NCBI RefSeq assembly: GCF_016127575.1
Contig: NZ_CP066020.1
Span: forward strand, 150,001 to 182,000
Direction: 5' to 3'
DNA: 32,000 nucleotides
Source: Cupriavidus necator
Lineage (GTDB): Bacteria; Pseudomonadota; Gammaproteobacteria; Burkholderiales; Burkholderiaceae
Position 1 is the stretch's first letter. Each line of letters begins with the position of its first letter. The translations under genes and the position numbers were made by a program. The notes beneath the pieces were generated by a model. It ran no database searches, was not told where the DNA came from, and saw nothing but the letters and a program-made list of their open reading frames with translations. Of this stretch, positions 9,084-18,948 are shown in pieces.

Positions 9084-9357
9084 GTAAGCGCGCGGTGATC
9101 CCGTCTTGACGACAGCGCCGCGGTCAGGACTGCGGGAGTTGCCAGTGATGAGGCAGAAGCTCCTCGAGGCGACTTGCGGGCTGCGTTGGCAGTCGTGTGA
9201 GAACGTCTTTGAGATAGGCGTAGGGATCGTGACCGTTCAGCCTGGCCGACTGAAGGAGGCTCATGGCCGCAGCAGCGCGACGGCCTGCCCGAAGCGATCC
9301 CGCAAAGAGCCAATTGCTCCGGCCGAGAGCAACCGGACGGATCTGGTTTTCGCACCA
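9084..9357 (-). mobile_element. IS66-family element, tnpC-distal end fragment (terminus GTAAGCG at 9084)
   Basis: The plus strand from 9084 reads GTAAGCGCGCGGTGAT, the GTAAGCG terminus typical of IS66-family inverted repeats. The fragment contains the last 77 codons of tnpC and is interrupted at 9357/9358. Confidence 0.7.
9124..9357 (-). pseudogene. tnpC: IS66-family transposase TnpC, C-terminal fragment (split gene)
   Basis: Hand translation of the reverse strand gives WCENQIRPVALGRSNWLFAGSLRAGRRAAAAMSLLQSARLNGHDPYAYLKDVLTRLPTQPASRLEELLPHHWQLPQS*. This is the conserved IS66 TnpC C-terminus and is in frame with ...WPISNN at 18982. Confidence 0.85.
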
Positions 9358-9487
9358 GTTATGCCGGCTCCCCGATTATGCCGCGTCGTGCACGCGCATG
9401 ACGGTGGGTATGGCCTTTCATGATCGCTGTGTCGGCATAAACATATGATGTCTCAGGCTGGCTAATGCGCTGGCCAGGAGAGATCAG

Positions 9488-10720
9488 ATGAATGCAACAC
9501 GCACAGTCAGCGAATCCGGCGGGCTGCCGGCCCATCACATCGATGCATTTCTTGATCGTCTACGGACGGCACACTATTCCGAGGTATCGCTTCGCAAGAA
9601 ACGAAGAGTCCTGTGCGTGTTCTCCGGGTGGATGAAGAACAGGAACATTGACCTGATCGATCTCGATGAGTCTGTCACGGCTCGTTTTATGAATCGCATG
9701 ATCGACGCTTCAAGAGACCGCGTCCAGCGTGCGCGTCCCACCTTACGGCAGTTTCTTGCCTATCTGCGCGCGGAAGCCATTGTGTGTTCGCCGACGTTGG
9801 GCGGCCAGTCCGAGATTGCGCGCATTTATCGCCGATACCTGGACCATCTGAGGCAGGATCGTGGACTCGCGAAGAACTCGCTGCTCGTCTACGGCCCCTT
9901 CATTCGCGACTTTCTCGACAGCCACTCGGCCAACGACGGAACGATATTGGCAGATGCATTTTGCGCCGTAACGATCCGAGATCATTTCCTTACCTACAGC
10001 GAAGGTCGATCGGCGGAGTACACGCGGCTGATGGCAGTTGCGCTTCGCTCGTTCTGCCATTTCCTCTTTCTGCGCGGCGATACGGCCCGAGACCTGTATG
10101 AGTCAGTGCCGTCAGTTCGTAAGTGGCGACAGTCAACTGTACCGACGTTCCTCACGCCTGAGCAGCAAGAAGCTCTCATTGCGTCCGCAGACCGGTCGAC
10201 TCCGACTGGGCGCCGTGACTACGCAATCCTGCTGTTGTTGGCGCGGCTCGGTCTACGTGCCGGAGAAATAGTTGCCATGCAGCTCGACGACATTCACTGG
10301 CGTTCGGGGGAACTCGTCGTTCATGGCAAGGGGCAGATGGTGGAGCACGTCCCCCTGCCATCGGAGGTCGGAGCAGCAATCGCTACATATCTCCGCGATG
10401 GTCGCGGAGCAAGTGCATCGCGGCACGTATTCCTTCGTAGATTGGCACCTCGGGTTGGTCTGGCGGGACCGGCGGCGATTGGCAAGATTGTTTGTCAGGC
10501 CTTCGCACGTGCAGGTTTCCGCCCCGCGTGCCGTGGTTCCGCACATCTGTTCCGTCACGGTCTGGCGACGACGATGATTCGCCACGGGGCCTCGATCGCA
10601 GAAATAGCTGAGGTCTTGCGGCACCGCTCACCGGACAGTACCGCGATCTATGCAAAGGTCGCGTTCGAGGACCTGCGCGGGGTCGCGCGCTCGTGGCCCA
10701 CGGCGGGAGGTGCAATATGA
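9488..10720 (+). CDS. Tyrosine recombinase, RIT subunit A (outer copy L)
   Basis: 410 aa with LARLGLRAGE (catalytic Arg region), HLFRHGLATTM (H-x-x-R box) and STAIYAKV (catalytic Tyr). The stop overlaps the next start (ATGA). Confidence 0.9.
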   Translation: MNATRTVSESGGLPAHHIDAFLDRLRTAHYSEVSLRKKRRVLCVFSGWMKNRNIDLIDLDESVTARFMNRMIDASRDRVQRARPTLRQFLAYLRAEAIVCSPTLGGQSEIARIYRRYLDHLRQDRGLAKNSLLVYGPFIRDFLDSHSANDGTILADAFCAVTIRDHFLTYSEGRSAEYTRLMAVALRSFCHFLFLRGDTARDLYESVPSVRKWRQSTVPTFLTPEQQEALIASADRSTPTGRRDYAILLLLARLGLRAGEIVAMQLDDIHWRSGELVVHGKGQMVEHVPLPSEVGAAIATYLRDGRGASASRHVFLRRLAPRVGLAGPAAIGKIVCQAFARAGFRPACRGSAHLFRHGLATTMIRHGASIAEIAEVLRHRSPDSTAIYAKVAFEDLRGVARSWPTAGGAI

Positions 10721-11664
10721 CTTCGATCCGTGACTCCCTCGCTCGGTACGTGGCGGTCCGCCGCGCTCTCGGGGCATCATTCTATGAACCTGCATTGGCA
10801 CTCGGTCATTTCGTTGATCTTCTGGAACATGAAGACGCAGAGTTCATTACTACCGATCTGGCTCTGCGCTGGGCGATGACGCCCGCACTCGTCGAACGCG
10901 CCACCTGGGGGCGGCGCCTCTCTCAAGTGAGAGGATTCGCCAGATGGATGAACGTCATTGACGGTCGAAACCAGATTCCTCCAGCAGGACTCCTGAGTGC
11001 CCGCAGACGGCGCAATGCCCCGCATATTTACACGGAGCAGGAAATTGATCTGCTTATGACCCGCGCCGCTCAACTGCGATCCCGAACCGGCATGCGAGCA
11101 CTGACCTATTCGACGCTCATCGGGCTTCTTGTAGCGACGGGCCTCAGGCCAGGCGAAGCGCTTCGGCTCGACCGGTCCGACGTTGACCTCGTCAGCGGGA
11201 TACTCTCCATCCGGGAATCGAAGTTCGGCAAATCGCGCTTTGTTCCTGTAGCAGAGTCGACCCGGGTGGCACTCGAACACTATGCCAAGAAACGCGATCA
11301 ACTCTGTCCTTCACGATTGAGCGAGGCGTTCCTGGTTAGTGAGCGCGGCAAGCGATTGAAGGCCGGAACTGCACGAAGCATGTTCGTCAGAATGTCGCGC
11401 GCTGTCGGTCTGCGATCGGCGACAGAGGATGGGCGCGATGGTTACGGCCCGCGCCTCCAGGACTTCCGGCATAGCTTCGCGACGGGAAGGCTGGTCGAAT
11501 GGTATCGCGCCGGTCTGGACGTAAGTCGAGAACTGCCGAAACTTGCCGCCTACCTCGGGCATGTCAACATCGGTCTTACGTACTGGTACATCGAAGCGGT
11601 TCCTGAGTTGCTTGAACTCGCGGCAGCCTATCTCGACAAGGACTGTCCGGGAGAACGGCCGTGA
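10717..11664 (+). CDS. Tyrosine recombinase, RIT subunit B (outer copy L)
   Basis: The start is trimmed to ATG 10717 (MTSIRDSL), overlapping the ritA stop. Motifs are ATGLRPGEA, QDFRHSFAT and GHVNIGLTYWYI. The stop overlaps the GTG start of the next gene (GTGA). Confidence 0.9.
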   Translation: MTSIRDSLARYVAVRRALGASFYEPALALGHFVDLLEHEDAEFITTDLALRWAMTPALVERATWGRRLSQVRGFARWMNVIDGRNQIPPAGLLSARRRRNAPHIYTEQEIDLLMTRAAQLRSRTGMRALTYSTLIGLLVATGLRPGEALRLDRSDVDLVSGILSIRESKFGKSRFVPVAESTRVALEHYAKKRDQLCPSRLSEAFLVSERGKRLKAGTARSMFVRMSRAVGLRSATEDGRDGYGPRLQDFRHSFATGRLVEWYRAGLDVSRELPKLAAYLGHVNIGLTYWYIEAVPELLELAAAYLDKDCPGERP

Positions 11665-12459
11665 GCGCCGCCAGCCTCCCAGCCCTGGTTCAGCGCTTCT
11701 TCACCCAGCGCCTGCTCGAGCAGCAAGGTCTGAGTTCGCATACGGTGGCAAGTTACCGTGACACGTTCCGGCTGCTGCTGGCGTTCGCCACTAAGCATAT
11801 CGGGCGCGCGCCGTCAAAGCTCCGAATCGAGGACTTCGACGTGTCGTTGATCGAGGAATTCCTGCAGCACCTCGAACACGGCAGAGGCAATTCTGTGCGC
11901 ACACGCAACACGCGGCTTGCCGCCGTGCATGCCTTCTTCCGGTTCGTCGCAGTCAGCGAGCCTGCGTTGTTTCTGCAGTGTCAGCGCATTCTTGCAATCC
12001 CATCCAAACGCTGCGAGCACGGCCCAGTTGAGTTTCTGACCGAGAGCGAGGCCGCCGCTCTGGTAGGGGCGCCTGACGTACGAAACTGGATCGGCAACCG
12101 CGACCGAACGCTGCTTCTTGTAGCGGTTCAAACGGGTCTGCGCAATAGCGAATTGACCGCACTCCGGCGTCAGGATGTGACGCTCGGCACAGGCGCCCAC
12201 GTTCGTTGCCTTGGCAAAGGCAGAAAGATGAGATGCACTCCGCTGCGACCGGATGTAGTTGCCGTCCTGAAACAGTGGCTGCTGTATCAACCAGGCGAAC
12301 CAGGTGATCCGGTCTTCCCCAGTTCGCGCGGTGGTCATCTCAGTGCCGATGCTCTTCAGCGACTCGTTTCGCGCAACGCTGAGATCGCGCGCCTCTCGTG
12401 CCCCTCGCTGAAGAAGAAATCAATAACGCCTCATACGCTTCGGCACTATATGCCCTTCC
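11661..12459 (+). pseudogene. Tyrosine recombinase, RIT subunit C, 3'-truncated (outer copy L)
   Basis: Identity with copy R ends after ...SITPHTLRHYMPF at base 12459. The region carrying the catalytic Tyr is missing. The track ORF runs on to 12596 only by reading into the inner element. Confidence 0.85.
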
Positions 12460-12576
12460 CGACTATGTCTTGTAATCGAAAGATAGCTCTCTATTTCATG
12501 GGCAAACGGATGCACGGAGATAGAGATAGTCTTGACTCCTTCCTTCAGCCCCAGAGCATCCGGGAAGGAGTCCATC

Positions 12577-13815
12577 ATGAGATACACCATCCATGACCGT
12601 GTCGTTCTCGCACACGCACCAGAAGGCCCGCTCGCGTCCCATATCGTCGCCTTTGCGAACTCGATCGCTGTGCAGGGATACAGTACGCAGTCACTGAAGT
12701 ACCACGTTAGGCTCGTTGCAGGTTTTAGCCGCTGGCTTGGCCGAAACGGAATTGACTTGCATAACGTCTGTCCTGATCACAGTGCGCAATACTTACGTTA
12801 TCGTGCGCGGCACGTGCGACCGGGTCCGGGAGACCGTGCTGCGCTCAGGCATCTCATTGATTTTCTCGATCGTGAGAGGCTGATTTCGGCGCAGAGAATG
12901 CCTGAGCGTCGGCTGACCCCTATTGAGTCCTGTACACAGGCTTACGTTGAGTATCTGCATGAGGCGCGCGCCCTGTCCAAAGCAACGATCGTCAATTACG
13001 TGCCGTTCATAAGGGAGTTTCTCGAAGATTGCTTTGGTGACGGGCGCATCAGGCTTTCGCGTTTGCGTGCCGGCGATGTCGTGAACTTTGTGCAATGTCA
13101 GGCACTGCGTCTGCATCTGAAGCGCGCGAAGCTCATGACTACAGCGCTGCGATCCTTCCTACGTTACGCGTGCTATCGGGGCGACATGACGCTCGATCTG
13201 GCCGCCGCTGTTCCCGTCGTGGCCAACTGGTCGATGCAGTCAATCCCTCGCGGGATTCCACCAGAGCAGATACAGCAACTGCTGGTCAGTATCAATCGAC
13301 GGACTGCCGTTGGTCGTCGTGATTACGCCATCATCCTGCTGCTCGCGCGCCTGGGACTGCGTTCTGGGGAAGTGGCATTTCTCGAGCTCGACGATATTGA
13401 CTGGAACACAGGAGTTTTAAGCGTGCGCGGCAAGAGTGGCCAGCGTAACGGGCTGCCTTTGCCCGCCGATGTTGGAAAGGCGATTGCAGCATACCTTCGA
13501 GACGGGCGACCGCAGAGCACCAGTCGCCGTGTGTTTTTGCGTGCAAAGGCGCCTGTTATCGGCTTTCGTGGTGCGAGTGGCGTGGGCTCCATCGTTCGGC
13601 ACTCGCTCCAGCGCGCCGGCATCGACGCCCCAACCACGGGGGCGCACCAGTTTCGCCATGGACTGGCCTGCCAGATGCTCAGTCACGGCGCGTCACTCAG
13701 TGAGATTGGTGAGTTGTTGGGACATCATCATCCGCAGACCACGAAGATCTACACGAAGGTCGACATCAAGGCATTGCGTACCCTGGCCGTACCGTGGCCG
13801 GGAGGTGTGCGATGA
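12577..13815 (+). CDS. Tyrosine recombinase, RIT subunit A (inner element)
   Basis: The start is trimmed to ATG 12577 (MRYTIHDRV), preceded by GGAAGGAG. Motifs are LARLGLRSGE, HQFRHGLACQM and TTKIYTKV. It is paralogous to outer ritA. Confidence 0.9.
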   Translation: MRYTIHDRVVLAHAPEGPLASHIVAFANSIAVQGYSTQSLKYHVRLVAGFSRWLGRNGIDLHNVCPDHSAQYLRYRARHVRPGPGDRAALRHLIDFLDRERLISAQRMPERRLTPIESCTQAYVEYLHEARALSKATIVNYVPFIREFLEDCFGDGRIRLSRLRAGDVVNFVQCQALRLHLKRAKLMTTALRSFLRYACYRGDMTLDLAAAVPVVANWSMQSIPRGIPPEQIQQLLVSINRRTAVGRRDYAIILLLARLGLRSGEVAFLELDDIDWNTGVLSVRGKSGQRNGLPLPADVGKAIAAYLRDGRPQSTSRRVFLRAKAPVIGFRGASGVGSIVRHSLQRAGIDAPTTGAHQFRHGLACQMLSHGASLSEIGELLGHHHPQTTKIYTKVDIKALRTLAVPWPGGVR

Positions 13816-14756
13816 ACACGCTGCGGCAGGCCGTTCAGGAGTATCTGGACCTCAGGCGGAGCTTGGGCTTCAAGCTTAAAGATGCCGGCAAGGCATTGCC
13901 TGATTTCGTCGCGTTTATGGAGAGGCACCGCGCTTCCTTCATCACCCAGGCATTGGCTCTTATGTGGGCCCAGCAACCTTCCAACGTCCAACCCGCGCAC
14001 TGGGCGCGACGACTCAGTATCGTGCGCGAGTTTGCACGTCATCGTAGTGCGACCGACCCACGCACACAGATTCCTGCACCGGGTCTGCTGCCGTTTTCGC
14101 CGAAGCGGGCCCGACCATACCTATACTCGAGCGATGAGATTCGCAGACTACTCCATGCTGCGCTTCAGATACCCTGCCGCTACGCGCGCGACGAACTGCA
14201 ACCATGGACCTATTACTGCCTGTTTGGCTTGCTGAGCGTTTCGGGCATGCGTCTGGGCGAAGCGCGCAATCTTGAGCTTCAGGACATCGATCTGACGGCG
14301 GCAATATTGACGATTCGCGGCGCCAAACTTGGCAAGTCCCGGTTCGTTCCAATGCATGCGTCGACCTGCAAAGTGCTCGCGGACTATATTGCACGACGCA
14401 AACGTCATTGGGCGGGGCGACCCGTGTCCTCCTACTTGTTCGTGTCTAACCAGGGCAATCGTCTGGATAGTGGAGAGATTCATCGACACTTCTATGCATT
14501 GTCCCGGCAGATCGGTCTGCGTGGCGCAGCCGACAGTCACGGCCCGCGTCTGCATGACATGAGGCACGTATTTGCGACGAATACGCTTTTACGCTGGTAC
14601 CGTTCCGGACAGGACCCCGAGCGCCGCCTGCCCATCCTGTCAGCTTACCTCGGTCACGTCCACATCGCGGATACGCAGTGGTATCTGAACGCCTCGCCGG
14701 AGCTGATGCGCGAGGCGATGCGCCGGCTGGAACAGCGCTGGGAGATTCAACCATGA
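13812..14756 (+). CDS. Tyrosine recombinase, RIT subunit B (inner element)
   Basis: ATG 13812 (MNTLRQAV) overlaps the ritA stop (ATGA). Motifs are VSGMRLGEA, HDMRHVFAT and GHVHIADTQWYL. Confidence 0.9.
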   Translation: MNTLRQAVQEYLDLRRSLGFKLKDAGKALPDFVAFMERHRASFITQALALMWAQQPSNVQPAHWARRLSIVREFARHRSATDPRTQIPAPGLLPFSPKRARPYLYSSDEIRRLLHAALQIPCRYARDELQPWTYYCLFGLLSVSGMRLGEARNLELQDIDLTAAILTIRGAKLGKSRFVPMHASTCKVLADYIARRKRHWAGRPVSSYLFVSNQGNRLDSGEIHRHFYALSRQIGLRGAADSHGPRLHDMRHVFATNTLLRWYRSGQDPERRLPILSAYLGHVHIADTQWYLNASPELMREAMRRLEQRWEIQP

Positions 14757-15751
14757 CTACTACCGCCAGTCTCGCTCCGTTGCTGGAGCGTTTTTTTACG
14801 CAACGCCTGATGCAGCAGCGCCAGGCGAGTCCCCACACGATCAGTTCCTATCGCGACACCTTTCGTCAGTTCCTGAAGTTCGCGCAGCAACGCCTGCACC
14901 GGCAGCCTTCACGCATGAATTTCGAGGAAATCGATGCCCCTTTGATCGTTGCATTTCTCGATGACCTGGAGCAGCGTCAGGGCGTGAGCGTTCGCAGTCG
15001 AAATCTTCGCCTCACGGCAATTCATTCCTTCTTTCGTTACGCGGCGCTCGAGACGCCGGCTCATTCCGCTCAGATCCAGCGGGTGCTTGCTATCCCCAGC
15101 AAGCGCTTTACCCGCACCCTGGTGCAATTCCTGACTCGCCAGGAAGTCGATGCCCTGCTTGCCGCACCGGACCAGCGTACCTGGGCCGGCCGACGCGATC
15201 ACGCCTTTTTGCTGGTCGCCGTGCAAACTGGCCTTCGCCTGTCCGAGATGACCGGACTCAAACGCGATGACCTTGTTCTCGGAACCGGTGCTCACGTGCG
15301 GGTGATTGGCAAGGGTAGGAAAGAGCGTTGTACGCCCATCGTCAGATCCACGCTCGCCGTACTGAAAGCTTGGCTGCGGGAACCCCAGCGCGGTGAGGAC
15401 GACGTGCTGTTTCCAAGCGCGAGGGGCGAACGCCTCACTGTTCATGGCGTGCAGTATCTGCTAAACAAGCATCGAGAGACCGCGTCAAAAATTTGTCCAT
15501 CGTTGAAGCAGAAACAGGTCACCGTTCACCGTTTGAGGCATACGATGGCCATGGACCTTCTGCAGGCGGGCGTTGATCGTTCCGTGATTGCACTGTGGCT
15601 CGGGCATGAATCGGTGGAAACCACGCAGATCTATCTCGAAGCGACACTTGCGATGAAGGAGCAGGCTCTTGCGAAGACATCTCTGGCTCACGGCAAGCCA
15701 GGACGCTACCGGCCGGCAGACGAACTTCTCGGCTTCCTGAATGGACTGTAG
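14753..15751 (+). CDS. Tyrosine recombinase, RIT subunit C (inner element, full length)
   Basis: ATG 14753 (MTTTASLAPLLERFFTQRL) overlaps the ritB stop (ATGA). Motifs are QTGLRLSEM, HRLRHTMAMDL and GHESVETTQIYLEA (catalytic Tyr present). Confidence 0.9.
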   Translation: MTTTASLAPLLERFFTQRLMQQRQASPHTISSYRDTFRQFLKFAQQRLHRQPSRMNFEEIDAPLIVAFLDDLEQRQGVSVRSRNLRLTAIHSFFRYAALETPAHSAQIQRVLAIPSKRFTRTLVQFLTRQEVDALLAAPDQRTWAGRRDHAFLLVAVQTGLRLSEMTGLKRDDLVLGTGAHVRVIGKGRKERCTPIVRSTLAVLKAWLREPQRGEDDVLFPSARGERLTVHGVQYLLNKHRETASKICPSLKQKQVTVHRLRHTMAMDLLQAGVDRSVIALWLGHESVETTQIYLEATLAMKEQALAKTSLAHGKPGRYRPADELLGFLNGL

Positions 15752-15849
15752 GGCCACGAAACTATGTCGGGTAGTGACGGGGGATGGCTCCACAACAAGT
15801 GCGCATCGGACGAGCACGGAGGCAAATCCCTCATTACCCGATATAGTCA

Positions 15850-16648
15850 GGAAGGGCATATAGTGCCGAAGCGTATGAGGCGTTATTGATTTCTTCTTCA
15901 GCGAGGGGCACGAGAGGCGCGCGATCTCAGCGTTGCGCGAAACGAGTCGCTGAAGAGCATCGGCACTGAGATGACCACCGCGCGAACTGGGGAAGACCGG
16001 ATCACCTGGTTCGCCTGGTTGATACAGCAGCCACTGTTTCAGGACGGCAACTACATCCGGTCGCAGCGGAGTGCATCTCATCTTTCTGCCTTTGCCAAGG
16101 CAACGAACGTGGGCGCCTGTGCCGAGCGTCACATCCTGACGCCGGAGTGCGGTCAATTCGCTATTGCGCAGACCCGTTTGAACCGCTACAAGAAGCAGCG
16201 TTCGGTCGCGGTTGCCGATCCAGTTTCGTACGTCAGGCGCCCCTACCAGAGCGGCGGCCTCGCTCTCGGTCAGAAACTCAACTGGGCCGTGCTCGCAGCG
16301 TTTGGATGGGATTGCAAGAATGCGCTGACACTGCAGAAACAACGCAGGCTCGCTGACTGCGACGAACCGGAAGAAGGCATGCACGGCGGCAAGCCGCGTG
16401 TTGCGTGTGCGCACAGAATTGCCTCTGCCGTGTTCGAGGTGCTGCAGGAATTCCTCGATCAACGACACGTCGAAGTCCTCGATTCGGAGCTTTGACGGCG
16501 CGCGCCCGATATGCTTAGTGGCGAACGCCAGCAGCAGCCGGAACGTGTCACGGTAACTTGCCACCGTATGCGAACTCAGACCTTGCTGCTCGAGCAGGCG
16601 CTGGGTGAAGAAGCGCTGAACCAGGGCTGGGAGGCTGGCGGCGCTCAC
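15850..16648 (-). pseudogene. Tyrosine recombinase, RIT subunit C, 3'-truncated (outer copy R)
   Basis: Same sequence as 11661..12459, ending ...HTLRHYMPF. The track ORF continues to 15485 only by reading into the inner element. Confidence 0.85.
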
Positions 16649-17592
16649 GGCCGTTCTCCCGGACAGTCCTTGTCGAGATAGGCTGCCGCGAGTTCAAGCA
16701 ACTCAGGAACCGCTTCGATGTACCAGTACGTAAGACCGATGTTGACATGCCCGAGGTAGGCGGCAAGTTTCGGCAGTTCTCGACTTACGTCCAGACCGGC
16801 GCGATACCATTCGACCAGCCTTCCCGTCGCGAAGCTATGCCGGAAGTCCTGGAGGCGCGGGCCGTAACCATCGCGCCCATCCTCTGTCGCCGATCGCAGA
16901 CCGACAGCGCGCGACATTCTGACGAACATGCTTCGTGCAGTTCCGGCCTTCAATCGCTTGCCGCGCTCACTAACCAGGAACGCCTCGCTCAATCGTGAAG
17001 GACAGAGTTGATCGCGTTTCTTGGCATAGTGTTCGAGTGCCACCCGGGTCGACTCTGCTACAGGAACAAAGCGCGATTTGCCGAACTTCGATTCCCGGAT
17101 GGAGAGTATCCCGCTGACGAGGTCAACGTCGGACCGGTCGAGCCGAAGCGCTTCGCCTGGCCTGAGGCCCGTCGCTACAAGAAGCCCGATGAGCGTCGAA
17201 TAGGTCAGTGCTCGCATGCCGGTTCGGGATCGCAGTTGAGCGGCGCGGGTCATAAGCAGATCAATTTCCTGCTCCGTGTAAATATGCGGGGCATTGCGCC
17301 GTCTGCGGGCACTCAGGAGTCCTGCTGGAGGAATCTGGTTTCGACCGTCAATGACGTTCATCCATCTGGCGAATCCTCTCACTTGAGAGAGGCGCCGCCC
17401 CCAGGTGGCGCGTTCGACGAGTGCGGGCGTCATCGCCCAGCGCAGAGCCAGATCGGTAGTAATGAACTCTGCGTCTTCATGTTCCAGAAGATCAACGAAA
17501 TGACCGAGTGCCAATGCAGGTTCATAGAATGATGCCCCGAGAGCGCGGCGGACCGCCACGTACCGAGCGAGGGAGTCACGGATCGAAGTCAT
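16645..17592 (-). CDS. Tyrosine recombinase, RIT subunit B (outer copy R)
   Basis: The translation is identical to 10717..11664. Confidence 0.9.
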   Translation of the reverse strand: MTSIRDSLARYVAVRRALGASFYEPALALGHFVDLLEHEDAEFITTDLALRWAMTPALVERATWGRRLSQVRGFARWMNVIDGRNQIPPAGLLSARRRRNAPHIYTEQEIDLLMTRAAQLRSRTGMRALTYSTLIGLLVATGLRPGEALRLDRSDVDLVSGILSIRESKFGKSRFVPVAESTRVALEHYAKKRDQLCPSRLSEAFLVSERGKRLKAGTARSMFVRMSRAVGLRSATEDGRDGYGPRLQDFRHSFATGRLVEWYRAGLDVSRELPKLAAYLGHVNIGLTYWYIEAVPELLELAAAYLDKDCPGERP

Positions 17593-18821
17593 ATTGCACC
17601 TCCCGCCGTGGGCCACGAGCGCGCGACCCCGCGCAGGTCCTCGAACGCGACCTTTGCATAGATCGCGGTACTGTCCGGTGAGCGGTGCCGCAAGACCTCA
17701 GCTATTTCTGCGATCGAGGCCCCGTGGCGAATCATCGTCGTCGCCAGACCGTGACGGAACAGATGTGCGGAACCACGGCACGCGGGGCGGAAACCTGCAC
17801 GTGCGAAGGCCTGACAAACAATCTTGCCAATCGCCGCCGGTCCCGCCAGACCAACCCGAGGTGCCAATCTACGAAGGAATACGTGCCGCGATGCACTTGC
17901 TCCGCGACCATCGCGGAGATATGTAGCGATTGCTGCTCCGACCTCCGATGGCAGGGGGACGTGCTCCACCATCTGCCCCTTGCCATGAACGACGAGTTCC
18001 CCCGAACGCCAGTGAATGTCGTCGAGCTGCATGGCAACTATTTCTCCGGCACGTAGACCGAGCCGCGCCAACAACAGCAGGATTGCGTAGTCACGGCGCC
18101 CAGTCGGAGTCGACCGGTCTGCGGACGCAATGAGAGCTTCTTGCTGCTCAGGCGTGAGGAACGTCGGTACAGTTGACTGTCGCCACTTACGAACTGACGG
18201 CACTGACTCATACAGGTCTCGGGCCGTATCGCCGCGCAGAAAGAGGAAATGGCAGAACGAGCGAAGCGCAACTGCCATCAGCCGCGTGTACTCCGCCGAT
18301 CGACCTTCGCTGTAGGTAAGGAAATGATCTCGGATCGTTACGGCGCAAAATGCATCTGCCAATATCGTTCCGTCGTTGGCCGAGTGGCTGTCGAGAAAGT
18401 CGCGAATGAAGGGGCCGTAGACGAGCAGCGAGTTCTTCGCGAGTCCACGATCCTGCCTCAGATGGTCCAGGTATCGGCGATAAATGCGCGCAATCTCGGA
18501 CTGGCCGCCCAACGTCGGCGAACACACAATGGCTTCCGCGCGCAGATAGGCAAGAAACTGCCGTAAGGTGGGACGCGCACGCTGGACGCGGTCTCTTGAA
18601 GCGTCGATCATGCGATTCATAAAACGAGCCGTGACAGACTCATCGAGATCGATCAGGTCAATGTTCCTGTTCTTCATCCACCCGGAGAACACGCACAGGA
18701 CTCTTCGTTTCTTGCGAAGCGATACCTCGGAATAGTGTGCCGTCCGTAGACGATCAAGAAATGCATCGATGTGATGGGCCGGCAGCCCGCCGGATTCGCT
18801 GACTGTGCGTGTTGCATTCAT
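17589..18821 (-). CDS. Tyrosine recombinase, RIT subunit A (outer copy R)
   Basis: The translation is identical to 9488..10720. Confidence 0.9.
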   Translation of the reverse strand: MNATRTVSESGGLPAHHIDAFLDRLRTAHYSEVSLRKKRRVLCVFSGWMKNRNIDLIDLDESVTARFMNRMIDASRDRVQRARPTLRQFLAYLRAEAIVCSPTLGGQSEIARIYRRYLDHLRQDRGLAKNSLLVYGPFIRDFLDSHSANDGTILADAFCAVTIRDHFLTYSEGRSAEYTRLMAVALRSFCHFLFLRGDTARDLYESVPSVRKWRQSTVPTFLTPEQQEALIASADRSTPTGRRDYAILLLLARLGLRAGEIVAMQLDDIHWRSGELVVHGKGQMVEHVPLPSEVGAAIATYLRDGRGASASRHVFLRRLAPRVGLAGPAAIGKIVCQAFARAGFRPACRGSAHLFRHGLATTMIRHGASIAEIAEVLRHRSPDSTAIYAKVAFEDLRGVARSWPTAGGAI

Positions 18822-18948
18822 CTGATCTCTCCTGGCCAGCGCATTAGCCAGCCTGAGACATCATATGTTTATGCCGACACAGCGATCATGAAAGGCCATA
18901 CCCACCGTCATGCGCGTGCACGACGCGGCATAATCGGGGAGCCGGCAT

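Larger units (their letters stand above)
9358..12459 (+). mobile_element. Outer RIT element copy L (ritA-ritB-ritC', truncated); left arm of a 3102-bp inverted repeat
   Basis: All ORF translations match those of 15850..18951 on the opposite strand. The terminal 130 nt and the junction nucleotides were compared by eye and are identical. Confidence 0.85.
12460..15849 (+). mobile_element. Intact inner RIT (recombinase-in-trio) element with imperfect terminal inverted repeats
   Basis: This is the unique 3390-bp segment between the inverted arms. The left end is CGACTATGTCTTGTAATCGA and the reverse complement of the right end is TGACTATATCGGGTAATGAG. It holds three full-length recombinase genes with ATGA overlaps. 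Confidence 0.8.

Noticed and set aside
9106-9423. Plus-strand ORF of 105 aa crossing the IS66/RIT junction
   Set aside because: It is chimeric. Its last 21 residues are the same read-through that also tails the tnpC fragment at 18886..18981, and the reverse strand here encodes the conserved TnpC C-terminus.
12460-12596. Extension of outer ritC ORFs beyond the arm boundary (11661..12596 and 15485..16648)
   Set aside because: The two copies diverge completely after ...RHYMPF, so the tails are accidental read-through into the ends of the inner element.
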